From the NCBI GenBank assembly GCA_041946735.1, contig JBHGAY010000005.1:118048-182047 (forward strand): 64,000 nt of DNA, read 5' to 3'. Of the stretch, positions 46,389 to 56,557 are shown piece after piece. The DNA is from Candidatus Eiseniibacteriota bacterium (GTDB lineage Bacteria > Eisenbacteria > RBG-16-71-46 > CAIMUX01 > VGJL01). A program made the translations under genes and the position numbers. The notes under the pieces are model-generated. The model did not search any database. It saw nothing but the letters and a program-made list of their open reading frames with translations, and was not told where the DNA came from. Numbering within the stretch: position 1 is the first letter of the stretch; each line of letters starts with the position of its first letter.

Positions 46389-48191
46389 ATGGAGAAAACC
46401 GAGGACAGGCTCGCGGATTTCACGCGGGACCGTCGCATCTTGATCCTTTCCGTCATGGCGATCGCCATCGGGGTGATGAGCGCGTTCATCGCCGATGCTC
46501 TCTTGTGGCTGATCGCAGTCATCACGAACCTGTCTTTCTACCAGAGACTCTCTTCGGCCTTCGCCTCGCCCGCCGGACACCATCTCGGGCCCTGGGTGGT
46601 GCTGGTGCCCGCTGCCGGCGGCCTGATCATCGGGCTCATGGCTCGCTACGGATCGGAGAAGATCCGCGGCCACGGCATTCCCGAAGCGCTCGAGGCGATC
46701 CTCGTCGGGCGCAGCCGCATGGAGCCGAAGGTCGCGCTGCTCAAGCCCCTTTCCTCCGCGATTTCGATCGGGACGGGCGGTCCCTTCGGCGCGGAAGGAC
46801 CGATCATCATGACCGGAGGCGCCTTCGGCTCCCTCTTCGCGCAGCTCTTTCACCTCTCCTCCGCCGAGAGGCGAGCTCTCCTCGTCGCCGGCGCCGCTGC
46901 CGGGATGTCGGCGATCTTCGCGACGCCCGTGGCAGCGGTGCTCCTCGCCGTCGAGCTCCTGCTCTTCGAATGGAGGCCGCGCAGCTTCATCCCGGTTGCC
47001 GTCGCTTCGGCGACCGCCGCCGCCCTACGCGTCGTCCTGCTCGGGCCGGGCCCGATCTTCCCGGTCGCCGGCCATGCGCCCCTCGCAACCGAGGCGCTCG
47101 TGATCGCGCTCGGCGTCGGAATCGCAGCGGGACTGGCGTCGAGCTTGCTGACGACCCTCGTCTACGCCTTCGAGGATCTCTTCCATCGCCTGCCGATCCA
47201 CTGGATGTGGTGGCCTGTGATCGGCGGGCTGTTCGTCGGGATCGGCGCCTTGATCCAGCCTCACGCCCTCGGCGTCGGCTACGACACGATCACCGACCTT
47301 CTGCAGGGCAACATCGTCGGCCGCGCTCTGATCGCACTGCTCGTCGTGAAGGCCCTGATCTGGGCGTTCGCGCTCGGGTCCGGCACGTCGGGCGGCGTTC
47401 TCGCGCCGCTTCTCATCATGGGCGGGGCGCTCGGCGCGATCGAGGCGAGGTGGATTCCGGTCGGCGACGCCGGCCTCTGGGCCTTGCTCAGCATGGCGGC
47501 GACCATGGGAGGGACGATGCGCTCGCCGCTGACCGCGATCGTCTTCGCCCTCGAGCTGACGCACGACATCGGGGTGCTGCCGGCTCTGCTCGTCGCCTGC
47601 ATCGCGGCGCACGCGCTGACCGTCCTCGTGATGCGGCGGTCGATCCTAACGGAAAAGGTCGCGCGCCGCGGCTACCACGTCACCCGCGAGTACAGCATCG
47701 ATCCGCTCGAGGCGTTCCGTGTGCGGGAGGTGATGGACGAGACGGTGCCAGTCGTCCCCGCGACGATGACGGTGTCGGAGCTTTCGAGCCGCATCGCCCG
47801 GCACGATCCGCTACTCGCGCGGCATCAGGCCACCTGCCTCGTCGATCCGTCCGGCGCGCTGGCCGGGATCATCACGCGGGGCGACGTCGTCCGCGCGTTG
47901 CAGAAGAACCCGTCCGCGGCCATGACGGTGCTCGAAGCGGGCAGCCGCGATTTGCTCGTCGCCTATCCCGACGAGATCCTGCGGGAGGCGGTCGCGCGAA
48001 TGCTTCGAAACGACATCGGCCGACTCCCGGTCGTCAGCCGGTCGGACCCGAAGCGGGTGATCGGTTATGTCGGCCGGTCGGCCGTGCTCGGCGCGCGCCT
48101 GCGCCGCCTGGAAGAGGAACAGGTGCGTGAGACAGGGCTGTTTCTGCGCTTCCCCGGACGCAAGGCGGCGACGGACGAGCGGAGCGCTTGA
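46389..48191 (+). CDS. ClC chloride channel/transporter with two CBS domains
   Basis: GHGIPE, GGPFGAEGP, ELLLFE, GTSGGVLAP, TM..PLT, C-terminal CBS pair; ATG after GGAGGAG. Confidence 0.9.
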   Translation: MEKTEDRLADFTRDRRILILSVMAIAIGVMSAFIADALLWLIAVITNLSFYQRLSSAFASPAGHHLGPWVVLVPAAGGLIIGLMARYGSEKIRGHGIPEALEAILVGRSRMEPKVALLKPLSSAISIGTGGPFGAEGPIIMTGGAFGSLFAQLFHLSSAERRALLVAGAAAGMSAIFATPVAAVLLAVELLLFEWRPRSFIPVAVASATAAALRVVLLGPGPIFPVAGHAPLATEALVIALGVGIAAGLASSLLTTLVYAFEDLFHRLPIHWMWWPVIGGLFVGIGALIQPHALGVGYDTITDLLQGNIVGRALIALLVVKALIWAFALGSGTSGGVLAPLLIMGGALGAIEARWIPVGDAGLWALLSMAATMGGTMRSPLTAIVFALELTHDIGVLPALLVACIAAHALTVLVMRRSILTEKVARRGYHVTREYSIDPLEAFRVREVMDETVPVVPATMTVSELSSRIARHDPLLARHQATCLVDPSGALAGIITRGDVVRALQKNPSAAMTVLEAGSRDLLVAYPDEILREAVARMLRNDIGRLPVVSRSDPKRVIGYVGRSAVLGARLRRLEEEQVRETGLFLRFPGRKAATDERSA

Positions 48192-48279
48192 CCGCAGCCC
48201 TGCGCGCGCGGCGGAGCGCCGCGGTATGGCGCGGCACGGCGGAATGCTGCAACACGACGCCGCGCTCCGGAGCGCCGCG

Positions 48280-48678
48280 TCAACCCTTTCCGACCTGGTA
48301 CAGCGTGAGGACCGCCCCGGCTGGATCCTGGATCACGCAGGCGCGCCCGCTGGTCTCGTCTCCCTTGATCGGGGTGACGGCGTGCCCGCCTCGCTCCTTG
48401 CAGGTCCGGACGGCGGCTTCGACGTCCGCGACGACCACGTAGATCATCCACTGCGGCGGGATGTCGGCGTTGACGCCGCGCGCCCAGCAAATGCCGGCGA
48501 CGGAGGAATCGCCGGCTCCCGGCCGCTGCATCTCGTAATCGGCGTAGCCTCCCATGTCGTGCGGCTTCGACTTCCAGCCGACGACGGCCGCATAGAAGTC
48601 CCGGATGGTATCGGCGTCGCCGACCGTCAAATCGCACCAGGCGATGCTTCCGGCCGCGGGCCGGTTCTCGTCGCTCAT
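48280..48678 (-). CDS. VOC/glyoxalase family protein
   Basis: GSIAWCDLTV, FYAAVVGW, PPQWMIY..VADV, IQDPAGA. Confidence 0.88.
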   Translation of the reverse strand: MSDENRPAAGSIAWCDLTVGDADTIRDFYAAVVGWKSKPHDMGGYADYEMQRPGAGDSSVAGICWARGVNADIPPQWMIYVVVADVEAAVRTCKERGGHAVTPIKGDETSGRACVIQDPAGAVLTLYQVGKG

Positions 48679-48764
48679 CGATCCTCCGGCGGCTCCGGCG
48701 GGCTTGCCGGCCCGTCCTGCCGCGATGATCCCCGCTTTCCCGCCTGCCGGGCGGCAGCGAGATT

Positions 48765-49280
48765 CTATGTCGTGACCTTCCCGGCCCGTGTCAGCTTCGC
48801 CAGCTTCACCCCACGGAGTCCGGCAAGCTCCAGGCTGACCTTTTCGATGTCGGCCGGCTTTCCGCGCAAGAAGATCGCCTCGACGCAGTCGTGCTCGTCG
48901 AGATGAATGTGAGTGTTGCAGAGAATGTGCACGAAGCTCCGGTGCTGCACCTGCATGATGCGATCCGGAAGCTCGCGCTGGTGGTGGTCGTAGCAGATCG
49001 TCAGGACGCCGACGACGTCCTCGTCTGCGCCCATCCACTTCTCCTGCACCAGCTGTTCGCGGACCAGGTCGCGAATGTACTCCGACCGTGACGAATAGCC
49101 GCGCGCGACCACTCCTCCGTGCATCCGATGGAACAGGCTGGCGGGGAGAGAGACGGTGAAGCGGACGACGGGCTCCGGGCGCGCCGCCGCGGCGTTCTTG
49201 GCGGCTGGCGTCGTGCGCGTTGCGGCCCCCTTCACGTTGGCCTTCCTCTTCCGCTTTGTCTGTCCCGTCTTCTTGATCAT
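48765..49280 (-). CDS. nikR: Nickel-responsive regulator NikR (N-terminally extended)
   Basis: VRFTVSLP ribbon-helix-helix, GYSSRSEYIRDL, YDHH, H-I-H-L...C.E nickel site. Confidence 0.92.
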   Translation of the reverse strand: MIKKTGQTKRKRKANVKGAATRTTPAAKNAAAARPEPVVRFTVSLPASLFHRMHGGVVARGYSSRSEYIRDLVREQLVQEKWMGADEDVVGVLTICYDHHQRELPDRIMQVQHRSFVHILCNTHIHLDEHDCVEAIFLRGKPADIEKVSLELAGLRGVKLAKLTRAGKVTT

Positions 49281-49329
49281 CCCGCGCTCCTGTGTCGTGC
49301 CGCTCCTCCCCACTCGGGCCCCGCGGCTC

Positions 49330-50145
49330 CTAGTCCCAATCGTGACCATGAAAGTGACGGTGCTCGCGGCCCGCGTGTTTGTGCGTATGAATATGGACGA
49401 GGTTCGCGGCGACGAGCGTGTCGCGGCTCTCGGACAGGCCGTCGACCGGGCCATCGTAGAGCAGACGCCCCGCCTCCGAAAGGACGACCGCCCGCGTGCC
49501 CAGCTCCCCGGCGAGGCTCAGATTGTGCGTGCTCAGGATCGTCGTGACCGGCAGATCCTGCAGGAAGTCGACGAGCCATCCCGTGCTGCGCGGATCGAGA
49601 TGCGCGGTCGGCTCGTCGAGCAGGAGGAGGCGCGGCTCCAGCGCGAGGAGAGCCGCAAGGCAGACGCGCTGCTTCTCTCCGCTGCTCAATCCGAAGGGCG
49701 CCTCCTCGAGGCGGCGCGTGACCGCCAGGGCCTCCGCCCAGCGTTGCGCCTTCGCGACCGCCTCGACCTCCGGCAGGCCGAGCTGGCGCGGCCCGAACGC
49801 GATCTCGTCACGCACGGTCGGGTGGAAGAGCATCGCGTCGGGATTCTGGAAGAGCAGCGCGACCTGGCGGCGAAACCGCCGACTCCGGGCGCGGTCGCGC
49901 AGCGCCGCCCGGTCGATCCGTTCCCCCGCGTACTCGTAACGCCCCTCAGCGGGATCGAGGAGCCCGTCGAGGATCTTCAAGAGGGTCGTCTTCCCCGATC
50001 CGTTGGCGCCGAGGAGCACGACCTTCTCTCCTTCGGCGACGCGCAGGTCGACTCTCCGGAGCACCGGCTGCCCGGCGTCATAGGCGAACGAGACGCCGCG
50101 AAGCTCCAGCAGCGGATTCGCTCCCGCGCCGCCTGCCTCGCTCAT
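49330..50145 (-). CDS. ECF transporter ATPase (NikO/CbiO)
   Basis: GANGSGKTT, FQNPD, LSSGEKQR, LDEPT; His-rich C-terminal tail. Confidence 0.9.
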   Translation of the reverse strand: MSEAGGAGANPLLELRGVSFAYDAGQPVLRRVDLRVAEGEKVVLLGANGSGKTTLLKILDGLLDPAEGRYEYAGERIDRAALRDRARSRRFRRQVALLFQNPDAMLFHPTVRDEIAFGPRQLGLPEVEAVAKAQRWAEALAVTRRLEEAPFGLSSGEKQRVCLAALLALEPRLLLLDEPTAHLDPRSTGWLVDFLQDLPVTTILSTHNLSLAGELGTRAVVLSEAGRLLYDGPVDGLSESRDTLVAANLVHIHTHKHAGREHRHFHGHDWD

Positions 50146-50708
50146 CCCTCCTCCTTCTCTTCGAAGAAGCCGCGCGATCGCATGCCGTCGGTGATCTCCT
50201 CCGCCCGCTGCATCGACTTGGCCAGGAGAGCCGATCCGTTCGCAGCCGCATGGCGATAGAGGACGCGAAGCGTCGGACGCTCGATCATCCGGCTCGCGAG
50301 CGCGGCGCGCCCGTCGTCGAGAAGCCGCCGGAACGCTGCGATTTGCCCATAGGCGAGGACGAGCACGAACCGGAGCTCCGGCGAGAACGAGACAGCCCGC
50401 AGCAGATTCACCCGGCGCGCGAGGAGCAGGGCGAGGAAGGTGAGGAGCAGCACCCGCACGTTGAGAAGCAGCAGGGTGCCGCCGCGAAACGATCCGGCTC
50501 GCCAGGTCGCCACCGCATAGGAGATCGTCACGAGACCGTTCCACCAGAGGACGATCCGCGCCGTCCTCGTGAGCAGCCGCATCGCCTCGCGCCCAGCGAT
50601 CGCCACCGCGATCACGATCCCGCCGAGAAGGATTCGCCAGTCGTGCACGAGCGTGATGGCCACGACGGCGGTCCCGTACAGCGCGAGGAGCAGGCGGTCC
50701 CTCCTCAC
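50142..50708 (-). CDS. ECF transporter T component (NikQ/CbiQ)
   Basis: TM protein with ASR and MRSRGF motifs; overlaps both neighbours. Confidence 0.85.
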   Translation of the reverse strand: MRRDRLLLALYGTAVVAITLVHDWRILLGGIVIAVAIAGREAMRLLTRTARIVLWWNGLVTISYAVATWRAGSFRGGTLLLLNVRVLLLTFLALLLARRVNLLRAVSFSPELRFVLVLAYGQIAAFRRLLDDGRAALASRMIERPTLRVLYRHAAANGSALLAKSMQRAEEITDGMRSRGFFEEKEEG

Positions 50709-51400
50709 CGGGTGCGCCTCTGATCGACGCCCCTCTCACCCGGGCCGGCGGCGTCCGACCCGCGACTGCGCGCCCGCGCCGCGAAGAACCGGCAAGCGAG
50801 GACCGTAAGCACTCCTTCGCCGATCCCGGCGATCGCGTTCGGCACGACGAGCGCCGGAAGGGTGACGCCGATCCCGAACGGGAAGAAGCGCGGGGCGCCG
50901 TCGGGCGCCCGCGCGATCAGCGGTTGCACGCCGAGCGCGAGCGCCATCAAGGCCGCCGGAACGGCGAGCGAGAACCAGCCGGCGGCGAAAAGCGCGACGC
51001 GCTCGTTCACGCGGCGCAGGGTGGCGTGGACGGCGACCGCGCAGAAGCTCCCGCAGAGTCCCATCGCGAGGGCGTTGACCGGCAGGGCCGTGATGCCACC
51101 CTCGCCGAACACGGTCGCCTGGAGCAGCAGCACGATCGAGATCGAGAGGAACGCGATCCAAGGTCCGAACGTGACGGCGAGCATCGCGACGCCCGCCGCG
51201 TGCACGCTCGTTCCACCGGGGAGAGGGACCGCGATCGACATCAGAAGGAAGGCGGCCGCTGTCATGACCGCGAGCTTCGGGATCGCCTCGTCGCGCAGGT
51301 CGCGGCGCACGCGGCGAAGCGCGTAGGCCCAGAAACCGGTAGCGGCGGCGGCGGCCGGCAAGTAGAGCTTCGGCGAGAGGAATCCGTCGGGAACGTGCAA
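50705..51400 (-). CDS. ECF transporter S component (NikM/CbiM)
   Basis: MHVPDGFL N-terminus (TTG start), GGTSVH, LQA.VFGEGGIT, IGEG.LT. Confidence 0.92.
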   Translation of the reverse strand: MHVPDGFLSPKLYLPAAAAATGFWAYALRRVRRDLRDEAIPKLAVMTAAAFLLMSIAVPLPGGTSVHAAGVAMLAVTFGPWIAFLSISIVLLLQATVFGEGGITALPVNALAMGLCGSFCAVAVHATLRRVNERVALFAAGWFSLAVPAALMALALGVQPLIARAPDGAPRFFPFGIGVTLPALVVPNAIAGIGEGVLTVLACRFFAARARSRGSDAAGPGERGVDQRRTR

Positions 51401-51448
51401 GCGAGCCTCGTTCCGCCTGCCTCTACGGCCGCCGGCCAGGGATCGCCG

Positions 51449-51943
51449 TCACCGGCGCGCCCGCAGGAGGCTCACGAGGCCGAAGACGCCGAGCAGCGCT
51501 CCGGCGCCCGCGATTCCCTTCGCGTAGCGGTCGAACAGGGAGCGGCCCTGATCCGTCGCGACTCCGGCGGCGTCGGTCACGATTTCGAAGTCGGCTCCGT
51601 GGCCGTCCCCCGAGAACGCCTTGACGCGCCATCGGCCCGGCCGGTCGGGCAGGAAGACTGCGCGGCCTCCGGCGTCCGTTCGTCCCGTCACGAATGTGGA
51701 GCCTTCGCCCGCGCGGTAGATCTCGAACGGCTCCGACGCGAACGGCTCCCCGTCATCGTGGGTCAGCCGCACGATCGTCGCCGGACCGGTCGTGACTTCA
51801 TGGAGCACTTCGTGCGCCAGGGCGACCGACCCGCCGGCCGGCGCGGCGGGAAATAGCGGCGCGACGGGAAACAGCGGCGCGACGGGCTCGGCCGCCGCTC
51901 CAGCGAGCGCCAAACAGAATACCCAGCAGAGCCGTCTCATCAT
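51449..51943 (-). CDS. NikL/CbiL-like accessory protein
   Basis: Signal peptide ending ALA-H, GRTDAGG...F.PD.PG.W.V...DGHG, C-terminal TM helix. Confidence 0.75.
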   Translation of the reverse strand: MMRRLCWVFCLALAGAAAEPVAPLFPVAPLFPAAPAGGSVALAHEVLHEVTTGPATIVRLTHDDGEPFASEPFEIYRAGEGSTFVTGRTDAGGRAVFLPDRPGRWRVKAFSGDGHGADFEIVTDAAGVATDQGRSLFDRYAKGIAGAGALLGVFGLVSLLRARR

Positions 51944-51985
51944 CCCTCCCCCGCGCCTGCGACCCCTTCCGGTGCTGCCGCAGGC

Positions 51986-52012
51986 GGATTACGAATGCAG
52001 CATTCGTAACAC
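51986..52012. promoter_or_regulatory. Putative NikR operator
   Basis: Minus strand GTGTTAC-N13-GTAATCC, with a palindromic core TTACGAATG-cag-CATTCGTAA, ~45 nt upstream of the nik operon. TTGACA lies on the minus strand at 52032-52037. Confidence 0.7.
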
Positions 52013-52118
52013 TCGGCCACTCGGCGGAGGCTGTCAAGCCGAAGGAAGGACGCCGAGGGATGCGAGAGGAAGGAAGCGAGGCCGCCTGCCACGATGGCGG
52101 CCGCGCCAACGCGGCGTT

Positions 52119-53081
52119 CTACGGCGAGAGCAGCTTCTCGATCTCCTCGATCCGCTCGGACCATCCGTGGCGCGAAGCTTCGTGGCGCCGGCGAGCGACC
52201 GCGGCCGGATCGTCCCGCCCGGCGAACGCTTCGGCGATCCCGGCGATCCAGTCTTCGTCCTCGCGCGCGCCGCGCACGATCCCCTGGGCGATCCACGGCT
52301 CGAGCGCGGGAATGGGAGTGGCGACGACCGGACGCCCCGCCGCAAGGTACTCGAACGTCTTCAGCGGAAATGACGCTCGCGTCGACGCCGAGTCGCGCAG
52401 CGGCAGCACGCAGACGTCGGCGTGCGCGACGTACGACGGCGCCGCCGAGCGATCGCGTTCTCCCAGGCGATGGACGTTGTCGATCCCGTCGAGGATCGAG
52501 AGCCGCGTCGAGGGATCGCCGCGGCCGGCCGGTCCGACGAGGACCCAGGACCAATCGGGGCGCGCGCGAGCGAGCCGCGCGATCCGGTCGAGGTCGATCT
52601 TGTAGGCGGCGAGGTTGCCGAGGTAGAGCAGGCGCGGCGGCGCGATTGCCTGCAAATCGGGCGGGATGGGGCCGGGATCGCGCGCGAAGCGCTCCACGTC
52701 CGCGACGTTCGGCAGCGGCAGCACGTGCGGATGGAGCGGCGCGAGGCGATGACGAAGCGGCGCGGAGGCGGTGAGCACGAGATCGACGGAACGAAGCAGG
52801 CGCTTCTCCATCGTCTCCACGCGGGCGCGGTCGACGCCCGGATTCTCTGCATAGGCGTCGACGCAGTGATAGATCCGGTGGGCGCGAGGCAGCATCTCGA
52901 CGACGGGCGCCCAACTGGGCAGGTAGACGAGGACGGCATCGGGAGAGAAGGCGGTCCTCAAGAGGATCGCCCGCGCCCATGCCCGCAGCCACCGCTCGCT
53001 CCCCGGCGGCGTCACCGGACTCGCGACGCGCAGCCGCTCGCGCACCGTCCGCACACCGCCGAGCGCGTCCGGCGGCTGCAC
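52119..53081 (-). pseudogene. TuaH-like GT4 glycosyltransferase lacking its N-terminus
   Basis: IYHCVD, LPNVAD..RF, YLGNL..YKID, VLVGP, FPLKTFEYLAAGRPVV. Begins abruptly at '...ALGGVRTVRERLRVASP' with no RBS. Confidence 0.65.
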
Positions 53082-54243
53082 GGGCGAGGGCCGATTCGAT
53101 CCTGCCGAGCATGCCGTCGAGAGACAGGCGGGCGACGGCGCTCTCGCGCGCCCGGGCGCCGAGCCGTCCCCGCAGATGCGGGTCGTCGAGGAGCCGGGCG
53201 ATTGCGCTCCGGAGCGCCTCGTCGTCCTCCGGAGGGACGAGAAGCGCGTCCTCCCCGTCGCGCACCAGGCTCGGGATTCCGCCGATCCGCGAGGCGACGA
53301 CCGCGCGCCCGCACGCCATCGCCTCGACGATCGACAGAGCGCTTCCTTCGTGCCGGCGCGTCGGCATGAGGTAGATCGATGCGGCGCGGTACAGCTCGGG
53401 CAGGCGCGCGTGCGGGATCGGCGGCAGGAGGAGAAACCGGCCCGTCTCCGCGATCGGGCGCGCGAGCGCGGCCAGGCGGTCGCCCTCCCGCCCGGCGCCG
53501 ATCAGGACGGCACCCGCGCGAGGCCGGTCGCGCACGAGCGGGGCGAGCGCTCGCAAGGCGACGTCGAATCCCTTCTCCGGCTCGAATCGCCCGCCGAAGA
53601 TGACCCGGTCGAGCCCGGAGAGCGCTCGTTCGATCTCGGGCAGGATCGGACCGTCCGGCGTGAAGCCCTGCGTGTCGACGCCGAGCCAGGCGGCCTCGAC
53701 GCGTTCCGGGTCGAGCGCCAGCTCGCGGATCGCCCAGGCGCGCAGCCCCTCCGACTCGCAGAGGACGCGGCTCGCGCGCCGCAGGCGCCGGCGCGCCCGC
53801 ACGAGGACGATCAGGTTCCAGCCGATTCCGAGCGCAGCGCGCGGGCGCGGAAGCTGACGGATCTTGCTGACGAGGTCGGCGCCGGGAGTCCCGACGAGGA
53901 AGACGACGACAGGAGCGGCGGGGCGCGGCGCTCCGAGGATCCCCAGCGCGCCGGTGCTCTCGCTGAAGACGGCGTCGTAGGGGCGGCGCGCATGATCCCG
54001 CAGGAACGCGTCGCGGCTCGATCGCCAATAGCCGCCGAGGTAGGTGCGGGGGCGCGTCCCGGGCAGATAGAGGATCGTCAGCGGCCCGTCGCGCTCCTCG
54101 CGCGGTCCTTCCGCCAGGCGTGTCGTGTAGATGACCACTTCATGTCCGCGCGCGACGAGCCCTCGCGCCACCTGCTCCGCATGGATCTCCATTCCGCCGA
54201 GGCCGTGCGCCGGCAGACATCGGACGAACAGGGCGATCCTCAC
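53070..54243 (-). CDS. GT4 glycosyltransferase whose natural stop is missing (frame stays open to 51940)
   Basis: GTG start; RIALF...GGMEIH, GRFEPEKG, EGSALSIVEAMACG.AVVAS.IGG. Similarity ends near 53075; the boundary is approximate. Confidence 0.75.
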
Positions 54244-54911
54244 CGGCGCTTCCTCCCCGCCACCAGCACGCCGGGTGCCAGGAGCGAGCGGAACGGGCCG
54301 CGCCGCACCATCCGTGTGGCGATCGCGCGCGCCCCTCCGGACGGAGCAGGCAGAAGGCCGAGCCTCTCGATCCGCGTGAAGCCCGCGTCTTCGAAGAGCG
54401 AGGCGAGCGCGCGGCCGGTGAAAAGATGGCGCTGGCCCGGTCCGTAGAGGGGCTCGATCGTCGAGAGCGGAATCGGGCGCCCTCGCGCGAAGCCGGCGAC
54501 GCGGGAGATCTGTTGCGCGTTCGGCGCGGAGACGATTGCGATGCCGCCGGGCGCGAGAATTCGGGCGACGTCGGCGAGGAAGCGCCGCGGGTCGGCCAGG
54601 TAGCCGATCGCGTCGAGGCAGACGCAGGCGCTTGCGCACCCTGCGGCGAGCGGGATCGAGGCGGCGTCGAGATCGGCCGCGATCCGCAGGCATCCGTCAG
54701 GGGCGCGTCGAAGGGCGACGGCATCGCGATCGATCCCGACGCGCAGCGCGAAGCGGCCGGGCGCATACGCGAGGAGCGCGCCCGGCCCGCATCCGAGGTC
54801 GACGAGGACGGCCGCCCTGCCGGACGGCGCCTCGAGCGCGGCGCGCTTCAGCATCTCGAGCGCGACGGCCCCCCTCGATCCCGGTTCGGGCGCGTCCGGC
54901 GCGGCGCTCAC
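54240..54911 (-). CDS. Class I SAM-dependent methyltransferase
   Basis: VDLGCGPG, ADLD, RILAPGG...SAPN; GTGA overlaps at both ends. Confidence 0.8.
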   Translation of the reverse strand: MSAAPDAPEPGSRGAVALEMLKRAALEAPSGRAAVLVDLGCGPGALLAYAPGRFALRVGIDRDAVALRRAPDGCLRIAADLDAASIPLAAGCASACVCLDAIGYLADPRRFLADVARILAPGGIAIVSAPNAQQISRVAGFARGRPIPLSTIEPLYGPGQRHLFTGRALASLFEDAGFTRIERLGLLPAPSGGARAIATRMVRRGPFRSLLAPGVLVAGRKRR

Positions 54912-56548
54912 GAGTCGTCGCCTCCTCCAACGCCGCCTCCCCCGGCGCCGCCGCCTCCCGTACCGCCTTCCCCAGCGCCGCTCCCTCCCGTCCCGCCTTC
55001 TCCAGCGCCGCCGCCGCGGACGCGCCGCACCGTCGCGAGCGCGAGCCGTCGCGTGCCGGGGTGCATGGCCGTCCAGCCCATCCAGGCCAGGCCGATCAAC
55101 GCCGCGCCGACCAGCAGGTGAGGCAGCGCCGGCATCGGGGGAACGATCCCCGGCCCGAGCGCCCAGAGGATCGCGGCGCCGGCGAGCATGTAGGCGAGGA
55201 CGGGAAGGATCGAGCGCGCGATCGACCATCCGAGCACGAAGAGACAGCCAAGGAAGAAGAGGATCTGCGAGACCGCGAAGGCGAGCGACACGCCGCCGAC
55301 TCCGATCCGCTGCGAGGCGTGCCACGCGAACAGACCGAAGACGACGAGCGATCCACCGGTGAGCGGCAGCAGCAGCCCCGCCCGCCGGCGCGCGTAGAAC
55401 GCGCGCTGCAACAGCGTGGCGCCGAACCAGGCCCACAGGCCGATCGCGAAGCCGGAGAGCGCCGAGCTGGTCGTCCGCACCGACTCCTCGTCGAACGCGC
55501 CCCGCCGGTAGAGCACGCGGACGAGGTCGTCCCCGAATCCCAGGAGCCAGACCGAGACCGGCAGGAGCGCCCAGAGGCAGGCGAGGACGAGCGTCCGCGT
55601 GGTCTGCAGGAAGCGCTCCCGCTCTCCGCTCGCGTCGAAGTCGGCGAGCCGCGGCAGCAACGTCTGCGTGATCCCCAGGCCGATCGTGACGACCGGCGTC
55701 TCGACGAGGAAACGGGCGTAGTCCAGCGAGGCGATCGAGCCCTCGGGAAGGCGGCTGCCGACGATCCTCTCGACGACGAGGTTCGCCTGCTCGAGCAGGA
55801 CGAGGGCAAGCCCCGGGGCGAGGACGAAGCCGAAGTAGCGCCAGGCGATCCGGTCGCGGCGCGTGCTCCCGCGCGGCGCGCGGCGGCCGACGTGGCGCAG
55901 CGCGATCAGCAGCAGCGCGCACATCACGACCTGCGAGAGCGGGATCGAGACGCCGAGCAGGAGGTTCGAGCCGGTGGCGATCGCCGCCACGATGCCGCCG
56001 AGCACGGCGAGGTTCTGCACGACCGCGCGCAGGGCCGGCACGCGGAACCGGTAGAGCCCGCCCGAGAGGCTGATCAGGAAACTCACGAGCATCCCGAACG
56101 GAAGGGCGACCGCCATCACGCGGAAGAAGGCGGTCGTCAGACGCGTCCGCTCCGCGTCGAAGCCGGGGGCGAGCGCGCGCGTCGCGACGCCGGGAAGGAC
56201 GAGCAGCGCGATCGCGAGAACGCTTCCGATCGCAGCGAGCGAGCGCCCGGTCAGCCAGGCCGTCCGCCAGGCGACTCGCGGGCGACCCGCGGCGAGGTGA
56301 TGCTTGAACGTCGGCTGGAACGCGCTCTCCATCACGCTTCCCGCGAAGACGTGGATGATCAGGAAGATTCCAGACTGCGCGACGCGGAAGGCATCGACGA
56401 TCGCCGAAGTTCCGAACGCCCACGCCATGAGCGATTCGCGGACGATGCCGAGGAGCTTGCTCGCTCCCATCCAGGCGGATAGACGGAAGCCCTCGCGGAC
56501 GAGGCGGCCCGTGGCGGGCGGGGAGGACCGAGCACGCTGCTCGCCCAA
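54908..56548 (-). CDS. MurJ/MviN-like (MOP) flippase with Gly-rich tail
   Basis: SKLLGIVRE...AFG....DAF, LAPGF, GSIASLDYA, RRGAFD, RAFYA. Confidence 0.85.
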   Translation of the reverse strand: MGEQRARSSPPATGRLVREGFRLSAWMGASKLLGIVRESLMAWAFGTSAIVDAFRVAQSGIFLIIHVFAGSVMESAFQPTFKHHLAAGRPRVAWRTAWLTGRSLAAIGSVLAIALLVLPGVATRALAPGFDAERTRLTTAFFRVMAVALPFGMLVSFLISLSGGLYRFRVPALRAVVQNLAVLGGIVAAIATGSNLLLGVSIPLSQVVMCALLLIALRHVGRRAPRGSTRRDRIAWRYFGFVLAPGLALVLLEQANLVVERIVGSRLPEGSIASLDYARFLVETPVVTIGLGITQTLLPRLADFDASGERERFLQTTRTLVLACLWALLPVSVWLLGFGDDLVRVLYRRGAFDEESVRTTSSALSGFAIGLWAWFGATLLQRAFYARRRAGLLLPLTGGSLVVFGLFAWHASQRIGVGGVSLAFAVSQILFFLGCLFVLGWSIARSILPVLAYMLAGAAILWALGPGIVPPMPALPHLLVGAALIGLAWMGWTAMHPGTRRLALATVRRVRGGGAGEGGTGGSGAGEGGTGGGGAGGGGVGGGDDS

Positions 56549-56557
56549 ACGAAGCGC

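Noticed and set aside
51944..52118. Cobalamin riboswitch upstream of the CbiM-like operon
   Set aside because: No B12-box is recognisable; nikR and the palindrome explain the regulation.
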